In this document: positions 53,873 through 64,000 of the stretch, piece after piece | Layout of the letters: each line of letters starts with the position of its first letter | Position numbering within the stretch: the first letter of the stretch is position 1 | Origin: the human T2T-CHM13v2.0 reference genome, Homo sapiens | DNA length: 64,000 nucleotides | Direction: 5' to 3' (one strand) | Assembly (NCBI RefSeq): GCF_009914755.1 | Contig: NC_060926.1 | Notes under the pieces: generated by a model | Seen by the model: the letters and a program-made list of their open reading frames with translations, nothing else | Database searches by the model: none | What the model was told of the DNA's origin: nothing | Made by a program: the position numbers and the translations under genes

Positions 53873-54987
53873 CTAGAATACAGGAGACAGATAATGTAAT
53901 GACTCCATTCATCAAAAGTTGAGCATGCACACCAGCTGCCCGCCAGCTGGAAAATGAGGCTCCTCTCCCTTCTGAGGATAATTTACTTCTGCTGGAGAGA
54001 CTCAGCAATACCCTTCACCTTAAGGGACCAACTGAATTCCAATAGTGTCATGTAACATCATGCTGACCCAGCAATGGGACTCAAAGGGAAAGCAAAATAA
54101 AACAACCAAACCAAGGGAAAATAGCAGTTACTCCTCATGTTAGAAAAAAAAAAAAAAAAAAGAACAAACAAGTAACACTGCCCCTTCTATAAATTTGATA
54201 TATTTTTATTTTGTGAATAGTTGATAGTCTATAAATGAAATTCTATTTCTTTTCTTTGGTCATTAGGAAATATAATGTTAAATTTTGGTCCTCATCTAAC
54301 CAGAGTACAAGAGACTAGTGCATGCATTTCTTTATGGAGGACTTCTACTACTTTTAGTGTTTTCCCACTTTTCAACTTTAATATAGCCCATGACCCACAA
54401 TTATTAACTTCAAATTTTTATTTTGGATTTAATGAGACCCTGATTTAACACCTAATGTGTCATAAAACCAATAGCTATGTCTCTCAATTGAACTTAAAAA
54501 CAATATCTTCTTCTTACGTTTTTTCTGCAAGTTGAAAAATTGAGTTTTTTCATTCAATTTATTAAATGTTTTCTAAATTCCAATCAATGGCAAGCATATT
54601 GTAAGTGAATTATCACATGTAATCTTCATGACAACTCGTTATGTGGGCTCTATTTTTTTTTACATATTCAGATGATGTTCCTGAGACTTAGAGAAGTTAA
54701 GTAATTAGTCAACTTCCCATAGTTTGAAACTGATGGATCCAGAATTTGAACCAGGGTCTGTCTGAAACCAGAGTCTAAGTCCTGAAACATTTTGTTGAAT
54801 AACTCCTGTTTCTGCCTAAACTTATTTGTTATTTAGTGATAGTCAAAGCTGAATAGGTCTGTGCATAATCAGATTCCAGGTAAAACACATCTGGAGTTTG
54901 TGAGGCTTTATGAGCTAGCCAATGTTATTTGTTGATTTGAAAAGAAAGCTTTAACTCCTCCTTCTGAAAGAACATGTGCCTGCTCAC

Positions 54988-55200
54988 ACATAAAAAACAC
55001 AAAGCAGTTCAGGAATTGGGTGTTGCAGTCCCCAAGGTAAAATAAAAACTACAATAGAACATGAAGAAGCAATGTCATGGAAATAATGAAGGCTTTTTGG
55101 CATGGTTTTCTTGCAAGGAGGAAATGATTCATGAGACAGAAATAAGGAAGTGGAAGAAACGAGATTTCACTCTTGGAAAGTAATAGAGGATGAAAATGAC
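54988..55200 (-). pseudogene. Fossil DHC exon (SLF motif)
   Basis: 213 nt, acceptor actttttccgcctcacAG, donor TGT|gtgagc. Reads ..SSLQENHAKKPSLFP*HCFFMFYCSF..ALCFLC ~ [27 protein letters not shown]. Confidence 0.65.
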
Positions 55201-56714
55201 CTGTGAGGCGGAAAAAGTTAAATGCGAAAGCTCTGAGCTTAGAATTGTAGAAAGAAAGAAACTCTGAAGAGTAACTTTTAGGATATGTTAACTATGTTGG
55301 TATCTGACTCTTTTTCCAGGAGTAGGCTCCTTTCTGCTCATAATATTTTATGATCTAGGAAGAAAGATTATCTGCACCCCAACATGGAAATAACCCCATT
55401 AATTAGGAGAAATTCAATCTTTCAGGAAAGGAATCATCTGTTTTAGTTAGTTTCCATAAACATGGATATCTGACCACTGTTTTTGCCATTAGTATAGTCA
55501 GGTTTTTATATAAACTCATAATAAGTCATTAATGTCTTATTATTTCCAATACTTTCCTATGGGACATCTCTAACCACCAGCCCATAGGAATGATGCCCTC
55601 CTGGACGCCATTAGGACTGTTTCTGTATGTCTGCTGCTGATATTTTGGAGGCTGGTCACCCCTTGTGAGTTGGTCCAGTCTTTGCATCACTTCCATTTTT
55701 CTACTTGATCCATGACACCTCCAAATAACCCTGGTGCTAATCACAGGAAACCAGTTACCGAATCCCTTTGACCTTATTCCAATGGCAAGTAGTCAACGAA
55801 AAAAAATCAATGGTGCTTGCATCCCTTAGGTAATACTATCACACTGACACTAAAAGGGTTTCTCACCAAACTGAAAGAGCTTTGAAGAAGAAAAGATTTT
55901 TATTTAATTGGAAAATATTTTTAATAGTAGAAACTGAGATTGAGGTCATGGAATTAAGAAAAGAGGGTTTGCTTGAAAAATGGCAGATTGGCCAAGACAT
56001 CTATAAGGAAAATGCGACCAATTTGTGAGGCAAAAATCCTAGTGTGAGATAGACTAACATGTAGTACATTTTAAAATAATGATCAGGCTACAAATTATGG
56101 GAGACCCATTAAGGGTAGGAAGCGAGAGAGAGACAGAGAGTGAGAATAAAGAGGAGCAGGAGGAATAACAAGGAGGAGGAGAACATCCCAGAGAAAGTCA
56201 GAGAGCTCAGTTTCCTAAGCAATTAGAAAAGGAGGATGCCTGTGTATTTTTTAGTAGCCAGCTAGAGTGTTATCTGCCAACCAGTCTATAACTACATCTG
56301 TTTATCCATTTAACAAACTGATCATGGACCAGTATGCTTAAAGACAGGGCCACCAGTGCTGACCTTACTACCTTTCTACAGGCCAACTAATATGAAGACA
56401 TTTAGTTACTAGTATGTCTCACCTATCTGCATTCTACAGAGCAGTCAAGTGTCAAAGGGGAAGCCACAATAGCCATAGAGACATTGAGCATCAAAAGTCA
56501 GAATAAACTACTAATTAGATACGGAGATGGCAGAGCAAGCATTTATGGCAAGTATTGGTAAGGCAAGTAATAGGTCCAAAAAGAATTGTCCCAGCCTTCC
56601 ACAGGCTTGTCTATCCCCCTACATAGCTGTTTCGTGAACTTGATGACTACCCACTTTCCCTTCAATGTGTGTAAGAGTCATCTGAGGATCCTGTTGACAA
56701 ACAGATTTTATATC

Positions 56715-57112
56715 ATACAAGAATCAGTAGTATTCCTATACACCAAAACCAGCCAACGTGACAGCCAAATGAAGAATGCGATCCCATTCACAATTGCCAC
56801 AAAAAATAAGATATTTGAGAATACAGCTAACAGGGAGGTGAAATATATCTACAATGAGAATTACAAAACGGTGCTCACAGAAATCAGAGATGACACAAAT
56901 GGAAAAACATTCCATGTTTATGAATAGGAAGAATCAATATCATTAATGTGGCCATACTGCCCAAAGCAACGTACAGATTCAGTGTTATTCCTACCAAACT
57001 ACCAATGACATTCTTCACAGAACTAGAAGAAACTATTTTAAAATTCACATGGAACCAAAAGAGAGCCTAAATAGCCAAGGCAATCCTAAGCAAAAAAAAT
57101 AAATAAATAAAT

Positions 57113-57145
<33 letters not shown>

Positions 57146-58130
57146 TAAAAGTCCAAGGCTGGAGGTATCATGCTACCTGACTTCAAGCTATACTACAGGA
57201 CTACAGTAACCAAAATAGAATTGGTACTAGTACAAAAACAGATACATAGACCAATGGAACAGAATAGAGAGCCCGGAAGTAATGGCACACCACACACATA
57301 TAACCATCTGATCTTTGACAAAGTTGACAAAAACAAGCATGGGGAAAGGACTCCTTATTCAATAAATGGTGCTGAGAAAACTGGCTAGCCATATGCAGAA
57401 GACTGAAACTGAACTCCTTTCTTACACAATACCCAAAAATCAACTCAAGATAGATTTAAGACTAAAATGTAAAACTCAAAACTATGAAAGCCCTGTAAGA
57501 TAACCTAGGAAACATCATTCTGGACATAGGAACTGTCAAAGATTTCATGATGAAAATGCCAAAAGCAATCACAACAAAAGTAAAAATTGACAAATGGGAT
57601 CTAATTAAACTCTTTAAGCTTCTGCACTGGAAAAGAAACTATCAACTATCTGTATCAACCTACTGAATGGGAGAAAATATTTGAAAACTATGCATCTGAC
57701 GAAGGGCTAATATCCAGCACCTATAAAAAACTTAAAATAAATTTACAAGGAAAAAACAACCCCATTAAAAAGTGGACAAAGGACATTAACAGACGCTTTT
57801 CTAAAGAAGCCATACATGTGACCAACGAGCATACAATAAAAAGCTTAGCATCACTGATCATTAGAGAAATGCAAATAAAACCCCCAAAGATACACCCTCT
57901 CACATCAGTCAGAATGGATGCTATCAAAAAGTAGAAAAATAACAGATTCCGGCAAAGTTGTGGAGAAAAGGGGACGCTTATACATGGTTGGCGGGAGTGT
58001 ACATTAGTTCAACCATTGTGGGAAAGCACTGTGGTGATTTCTTAAAAAGCTGAAAACAGAAACACCATTTGACCCAGTAATACCATTACTGGGTATATAC
58101 CCAAAGGAATATAAGTCATTCTACCATAAA

Positions 58131-58168
<38 letters not shown>

Positions 58169-58617
58169 CATTGCAGCACTATTTACAATAGCAAAGATAT
58201 GTAATCAACCTAAATACCCATCAATGGTAGACTGGATAAGGAAAATGTGGTACATATACACCATAGAATACCATGCAGCCATAAAAAAATGAGATCATGT
58301 CCTTTACGGGAACATGGAAGATCTGGAGGCCATTATCCTTAGCAAACAATGCAGGAACAGAAAGCTGAATACCACATGTTCTCACTTATAATTGGAGCTA
58401 AATGATGAGAACACATGGACACAAAGAGGGGAACAACAGACTCTGAGGCCTCCTTGAGGATGGAGGATGAGAGAAGGGAGGGGATCGGAAAAATAATTAT
58501 TGGGCACTAGAATTAGTACCCAGGTGACAAAATAATTGGTACACCAAACCCTCATGACATGAGTTTACCTGTATAACAAACCTTTACATGTACCCCTGAA
58601 ATTAAAAGTTTAAAAAA
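56715..58617 (+). mobile_element. 5'-truncated L1PB/old L1PA with internal (AAAT)n and (CA)n
   Basis: Frameshifted ORF2 ([17 protein letters not shown]) and L1PB-type 3'UTR; (AAAT)n ~57092-57150, (CA)n ~58132-58165. Confidence 0.92.
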
Positions 58618-58827
58618 GTACAGTTTCTAATCAAGTAGGTCTGCTGCAAGCCCTGAGAGTCTGCATTTCTAACAATTGATGTCAATTGTGCTGGTCCAGG
58701 GTACATTGAAAAGCAAGGTGCCAAAATAGGGCAGGGTCTTGCTCACCTCCATATCACTTGCATTAAGTAAATATTTGTTTAGTTTCTGAATTGTAATGGG
58801 CAGCAATCTTTCCTCTCGATGATCTGT

Positions 58828-59334
58828 TGAAACTGACCTAATTGTTCCACATAACTGATGTTTATGGTTTCTTTGAATAAACATAGAAATTGATCCTTCC
58901 TGTCTTAAAACTTGAGAAAGTTACATTTGTTTTATCTGAGTTCCTTTCTCACAAAACAAACCATCAGCCTCCCCAGATAGAATTAAGGAGCTGAGACTTA
59001 CCAGATCACTGCACCCAGACAATGAGATGCCAGACCCCTCATCCATTATATCTGCCTGACTGATCACCTGCCTCCTCTTGACCAACTCCTCATCTTGACC
59101 TCTCCTCGGTTCCTGTTTTTTTAATATATGGTTTATACATGATTACATTTCTTTCCTTGATATAGAAACCCCTAATTTTAGGCAGTCAGGGAGATGAATT
59201 TGAGACTGATCTCTCATCTCCTGGGCTGCAGCACCTGATTAAAGTCTTCTTCCCTGACAATACTTGCCTCAGTGATGGGCTTTCTGTGCAGTGAGCACCG
59301 GGACCTAGACTGAACCCCTGGCTTTTTATTCACA
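58828..59334 (+). mobile_element. ERV1 solo LTR (LTR54-like)
   Basis: TG..CA ends, 4-bp TSD ctgt, attaaa poly-A signal. Confidence 0.8.
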
Positions 59335-60112
59335 CTGTCATTTCAATCATGTAGCTGCAAATGTGTAAGCAGAGCATGAAGAAGTAGTTAAGTACAGACT
59401 GGACAGATAAATCAGGCACAGTCTATAGTTTGTAAGGATAACCGATGTCAACAAGAATTGTCTAGCTCTGGCTGTAGGGACGTTTTCAGATTATGCTATT
59501 TGTGATGACCACATGAGCAGCTAAGTGGAGCTTGTTACTGGCATTCACATGGCTGTGGCTTAGCGTTGACCATCCATTTAGTATAACTGAAAAATAAAGC
59601 ATAAAACTCTGATCTTTTAGGAAATGTACTTTGTGGTAGTAGGACCAGGATGTATTCCAGTCCTACCCAGTACATTTAAGCCAAACAGACCAGTCCTTAC
59701 ACAATGCTAGTTAGTTGGCAGTCAGTAAACAGCAGACCTAGGAACTCTCCTGGAGTCTTTTCACCTCTGTTTCATCTGATCCTTCCCACAGAACAAAGAA
59801 GAGGACCATGGAACCCAGGAAAAGTTTTCTACAAGACATGTTTCCTATTCTAAGCTCTGAAGGGTAAGTGGGAATTAGCTCAGTCACATAGACAGTGGGA
59901 AAAAGCATTCCCAGCGGACAGAACAGTATATACACAAAGGAATGTGGGGATCTGCATGCAGCTCGCTGTGGCCAGAGTGTAGATTATGGGATAGAATAAG
60001 GAGGTGTGAGGTGAGACTGAGAAGCACACAGAAGGCTGATAGTGAAAAAACACAAACTTCCCTATGAAAGGATGACTGTTCCTTTGGAATGCTCTCATTT
60101 TCAAGGTGGCAC

Positions 60113-60267
60113 CTGAAGTATGAGGTTCAATGGCACTTCTCCAAGGGTTGCCTGTGAGCCTATAACATATTTTCCCTCATTGGCTCTGATGGACTTCCTG
60201 GAAGACCACAATGAGATGGGTGCTGAGAGTCCCTTGACCACTTTTCACCTTATGGCTTTCTGTCTTC
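60113..60267 (-). pseudogene. Fossil DHC exon, AAA5 extension
   Basis: Phase-1 frame RQKAIR*KVVKGLSAPISLWSSRKSIRANEGKYVIG.. ~ SILFFSLADLANIEPMYQYS. Pyrimidine-rich acceptor; weak donor CAG|gtgcca. Confidence 0.5.
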
Positions 60268-61012
60268 CTTTCACAAGGAATGTAGAAAAACAGAGACAAC
60301 TTACAAATTGGGTATTTCTGTCTTAGCAAAATGGAATTTGAAGATGGGAGGTTTTAAGTCTCCAGAATATCTCACATTTTCTGAACTATTTCTGATATTG
60401 AATGCTGAACAGTTGTTAAAGCTGAGTTTCTCATATGTATGATAAACATATATATATAAACACACATATTTATATACATATATATCTTTATCACATAAAA
60501 CAAGAATTTTTATTTAGTGTTGTTGATTTTGTTGCCTTTTTCCTTAACAGACTTTGAGTCTAATTTGAAACTTTCTCAACATGACTGGTAAGTTGAAAAT
60601 AAAGAGAGACTGTGACCTGAGTAACAAGAATTTTAACACAAGGAAATTATGTAGTTTATTTTATTTTTATTTATTCAACCAAAATAAGACAATTTCTAGC
60701 TATTTACATTAACCCTTTAGTAACATCTGTGGAATGTCTATGAAAGCAATGTAATTAATTCTACATGTGCACATGTGCATCTGAAAGAGTGTTCTATATA
60801 ACATCTGTTTTCATTCATATGCCTGGTGCATTATTGCATCATGATGTATTCTTTGTGGCATTATTTTAGAAATCTATTACCACAGATCACCAAAAGATCT
60901 CTTGTCCTGTCATCTTTGGGATAATGAACACTCTCCATATGTGTAAATCTGTCAAGCCATGCCTTCCTAAAGTGGTAGTTATTAATTTACAAATCAAAGA
61001 AATCAATCTTAC

Positions 61013-61379
61013 CTTTTCCAATCAGTGACTGTTTTATTGCAGAAATACAGAAAGGGTCATTAGCCTGAACTATAAAGCATCTCATCAAAAAGCCTACCCA
61101 TAGAGAGCAAGTTAATCTTTCTCACTTTTTAAAAAAGAGTTTTTTAAAATCAAGACATTCCAAGATAGATTCAATGTTTGGAAAGATAATTGATAAAATA
61201 GACTAGCAACAAATTCACTTTGAAATTCAGTGTGAATTATTTTTTATTGTAATTCTTCACACTTCCATGACTAATATCCTCTACAATGTTTAACTTGAGC
61301 TCTCATTGGTCTATACCTATTGAAGAATGTCCTTCAGCAAGATATCAAAATAGGCCTAGTTTTATTTTATGGGTGGATT
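61013..61379 (-). pseudogene. Fossil DHC exon(s), buttress region
   Basis: Acceptor catttctgtttcttgAG (61380-81). Two frames give YFDILLKDILQ and ELKLNIVEDISHG ~ LKEIEDKILEVL..GNILEDE. Strong donor AAG|gtaaga at 61012; internal boundaries uncertain. Confidence 0.5.
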
Positions 61380-61694
61380 CTCAAGAAACAGAAATGATGG
61401 ATATGAGATATTCCCTAGAAAGGAGTGGGGCACTGCTGGATAGTTGCTCAATTGTGTTGGATAATGTCACAAGCCTCTCACTCTCTGTTCCCTGAACCCA
61501 TTAAATCAGCATTTATTAGATATGTGTTCTGTGACAAGCACTGTCAAACGTTTTGAAGAGAGTTATTTTTACTTCCCACTCCTAGAACCTCAAGGTAGTG
61601 GTAAAAAAAAATGCCCAAAGAGAGGTGATCAACCATCAAAAATATCTGAGATTTCAGACTCTGTATTCCAGATGCTTCAGGCCAGAATACTCAC

Positions 61695-61750
61695 TGCCAA
61701 AATAGGCAGTGACAGAGACGGCCAGAGGGCAGCACAGCACACCCAGAGAC
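61695..61750 (-). pseudogene. Possible small fossil exon
   Basis: 56 nt, acceptor ttcttcttctttttgAG, donor GCA|gtgagt. All three frames open; no clear dynein motif. Confidence 0.35.
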
Positions 61751-62235
61751 CTCAAAAAGAAGAAGAAATCAAAGTATTAATATATTGTAAAGCAAAAATG
61801 GAAAATGTGGGTTTTGGATTAAATTAGAAAAGAATACAATTGTCAGTGCCCCAAGAAAATTATTTCTGAATGGTTAATACATTCAGTATTAATCAGCTCA
61901 AATTAAAAATTCATAAAAATAGAACAATTAAATTACATTTTTTTTCTGTAATGAAATACTAACCTTTTGATTTTAAGCTAGTTTTCTTCAGATATATATT
62001 ATGAAAATCTTTGTTTTTGCCAAATTTGGATAGTTTGTAGTTTATTAAGTGCTATTTTGTGCATGTAAAATTTGAAAATAAACACAGTCTCTGTAAAATA
62101 GAATGTTTATAGACTTAAAATCTGCTCCTTTGTCTTTCATATCTTTTTTTCATGTTAAATGATTTTTTGGTAGGAAAAAGTGGGATCACATGCTATTAGG
62201 TTCAATTTTGCTCAGAAAGGAATCTGTTTTCATGC

Positions 62236-62519
62236 CTTCATTAAGTTACATCAAAAAGAAAATGCCTAATCATTGCTGAGTCCTTCTGCTGAATATGCAA
62301 AGTTGAGAAGGTGTTTGTGGTGCTGATGGCAAGATATCTTTACTAGGCTGGTAACAACCAGAATGTCCTCTAAGGCAGGACTTTGGAGTAAAATGGTGTG
62401 TGGTTGGACTCCTGCTTGTAACTATTTAGGACTTTAAGCCTCTTTTCTGCCTATCTCACATATCATTTTGCAAGTCTTCTTGGAATTATTTAATTTACAG
62501 TATTTTGATAACTTCAAAG
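62236..62519 (-). pseudogene. Fossil DHC exon, AAA5 (LLNF..EGL.D motif)
   Basis: Acceptor ctctaatttcattttaccAG, phase 1, matching the upstream exon. Contains KHLLNFAYSAEGLSND; putative donor AAG|gcatga (GC); 4 stops in 94 codons. Confidence 0.7.
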
Positions 62520-62738
62520 CTGGTAAAATGAAATTAGAGCTATCTGCTTGTGCTCAGAAATCAATTCTCATCAAATAATATGAAATTATGTTATCTAAAA
62601 GCATTTACCCTATTAAGTGACAGACAAATGAGAAGTAAGGAGACTTAATACACTGTTTGCCTATTGATGACACTGGCCACAAACATCCCACTCTTTACAA
62701 GCAGTAACAGGGAAGGGAGTCTTTTGAAAAAACAATTT

Positions 62739-63022
62739 GGGCCGGGCATGGTGGCTCACGCCTGTAATCCTAGCACTTTGGGAGGCCGAGGCGGGCAGAT
62801 CACGAGGTCGGGAGATCGAGACCATCCTGGCTAACACAGTGAAACCCCGTCTCTACCAACAAATAGAAAAAATTAGCTGGGCACGGTGGTGGGCACCTGT
62901 AGTGCCAGCTACTCGGGAGGCTGAGTCAGGCGTGAACCCGGGAGGTGGAGCTTGCAGTGAGCCAAGATTGTGCCACTGCACTCCAACCTGGGTGACAGAG
63001 CGAGATTCCGTCTCAAAAAAAA
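62739..63022 (+). mobile_element. AluY
   Basis: Y diagnostics gagatcgagaccatcctggctaaca and ggagcttgcagtg; TSD gaaaaaacaatt. Confidence 0.95.
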
Positions 63023-63659
63023 GAAAAAACAATTCGATGCCTCATGTGACACAAGAGAGAGGACAAAGATCAATGGATAAACGATAAGTGAAGTCAAGTC
63101 TAGTCTAGATTGAAAAAACCACTTTCCAACATTAACATCTGAGCAGTAGTGCATGGAGTATTTTGAAGGTAGTGATATCACCATCAGTGGAGGTGTGCAA
63201 GAAGAAGCTTAGTAACTCCTTAGCAAGGCCATTTCTGGAAAGAAACCCTTATGGGGTCAGTAGCTTAAATGGCCTTTCACATACCTTATAAATTTGTCTA
63301 AACTCATAATTTGATGTCTGACTTCTTCTACTCATTCCTTTTCTAAGCTTCTGCTCCACATTCCAAAGTAGCAGACAAATTAAGTTCTCAGAATCTTTTA
63401 GATTCTTGCTGGTAGGTTAATTGGGATGCATAGATGGGCTCTTAATTTTTTTTTATTTCTACACTGGCTCATGTGATTTTTATTTATCCAGTGTCTACAA
63501 TGGCAGTAGAATAGTGGATGCCAGTGTGTTGTGAAAATACAAGAGTGAGCAAAAGCATGTTCAATGAACAACAGTAAATCCTGACTTCATACTGTTTTAC
63601 AGCTCCATTTATTCTAGTTTATATTTTGAGGCAGAAAATAATTTTCTTTGAACACTTAC

Positions 63660-63800
63660 CACATGTATTAATACCTCTGTCATCCACTTTAGATCCTACT
63701 TTCATGGAAAAAACATAACCCTTCCACGCTGATTCCTGGCTGATGTTTCCAGCTGCGAGGTCAGCTCCCACTCCATTGCAGCACTGGAAATGAAGTCAGC
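63660..63800 (-). pseudogene. Fossil DHC exon, AAA5 region
   Basis: 141 nt, acceptor gtttcctctgtAG, donor GTG|gtaagt, phase 1-1. Reads G*LHFQCCNGVGADLAAGNISQESAWKGYVFSMKVGSKVDDRGINTC with one stop. Confidence 0.7.
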
Positions 63801-64000
63801 CTACAGAGGAAACTAATTGTGTTCCCGTGCTGGAACAATATCTGTATATACTGGAAAAAGTAAAGACAAAGCTCACTTCACAATTCCAGCTCCACCCCTG
63901 CTTAGTGATACCACCTTGAGAAAAAATGGCTTAACCTCTCTAAGATAGCACATTTGGTGGTAAAATAGGAATGCAAATACTGATTGGAAAAGGTAAGATT

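Noticed and set aside
53710-60267. Faint recalled similarity to C1orf87/EF-hand peptides (RKTESH; DPFVRLAKAVLLQCD)
   Set aside because: Short, non-colinear matches; the dynein interpretation explains far more exons in order.

Overview
Primate (very likely human) genomic DNA with no intact protein-coding gene. It is roughly half interspersed repeats: Alu, L1PA/L1PB/L1M, L2, MIR, MaLR LTRs, a full THE1 element, a decayed ERV-L provirus with LTR16 and a tRNA-Leu PBS, an ERV1 solo LTR, and Tigger/Charlie/Mariner MITEs. The main non-repeat signal is a chain of about 15-20 decayed exons on the minus strand, from ~63.8 kb down to ~21.5 kb. Many still carry splice acceptors or donors. Allowing for stops and frameshifts, their translations match dynein heavy chain motifs in the correct order: AAA5, AAA5 extension, AAA6, AAA6 lid, C-terminal domain. 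I read this as the 3' third of an intron-containing fossil dynein heavy chain-like gene whose 5' part lies beyond base 64000. The dynein comparisons were made by eye against recalled axonemal DHC sequence and need an HMM/tBLASTn check. The window also has a near-perfect 236-bp local templated insertion, a second probable inverted templated copy cut by the window edge, and a twin-primed L1 inversion. I do not recognise the chromosomal locus. Repeat subfamily names are from recall and approximate.
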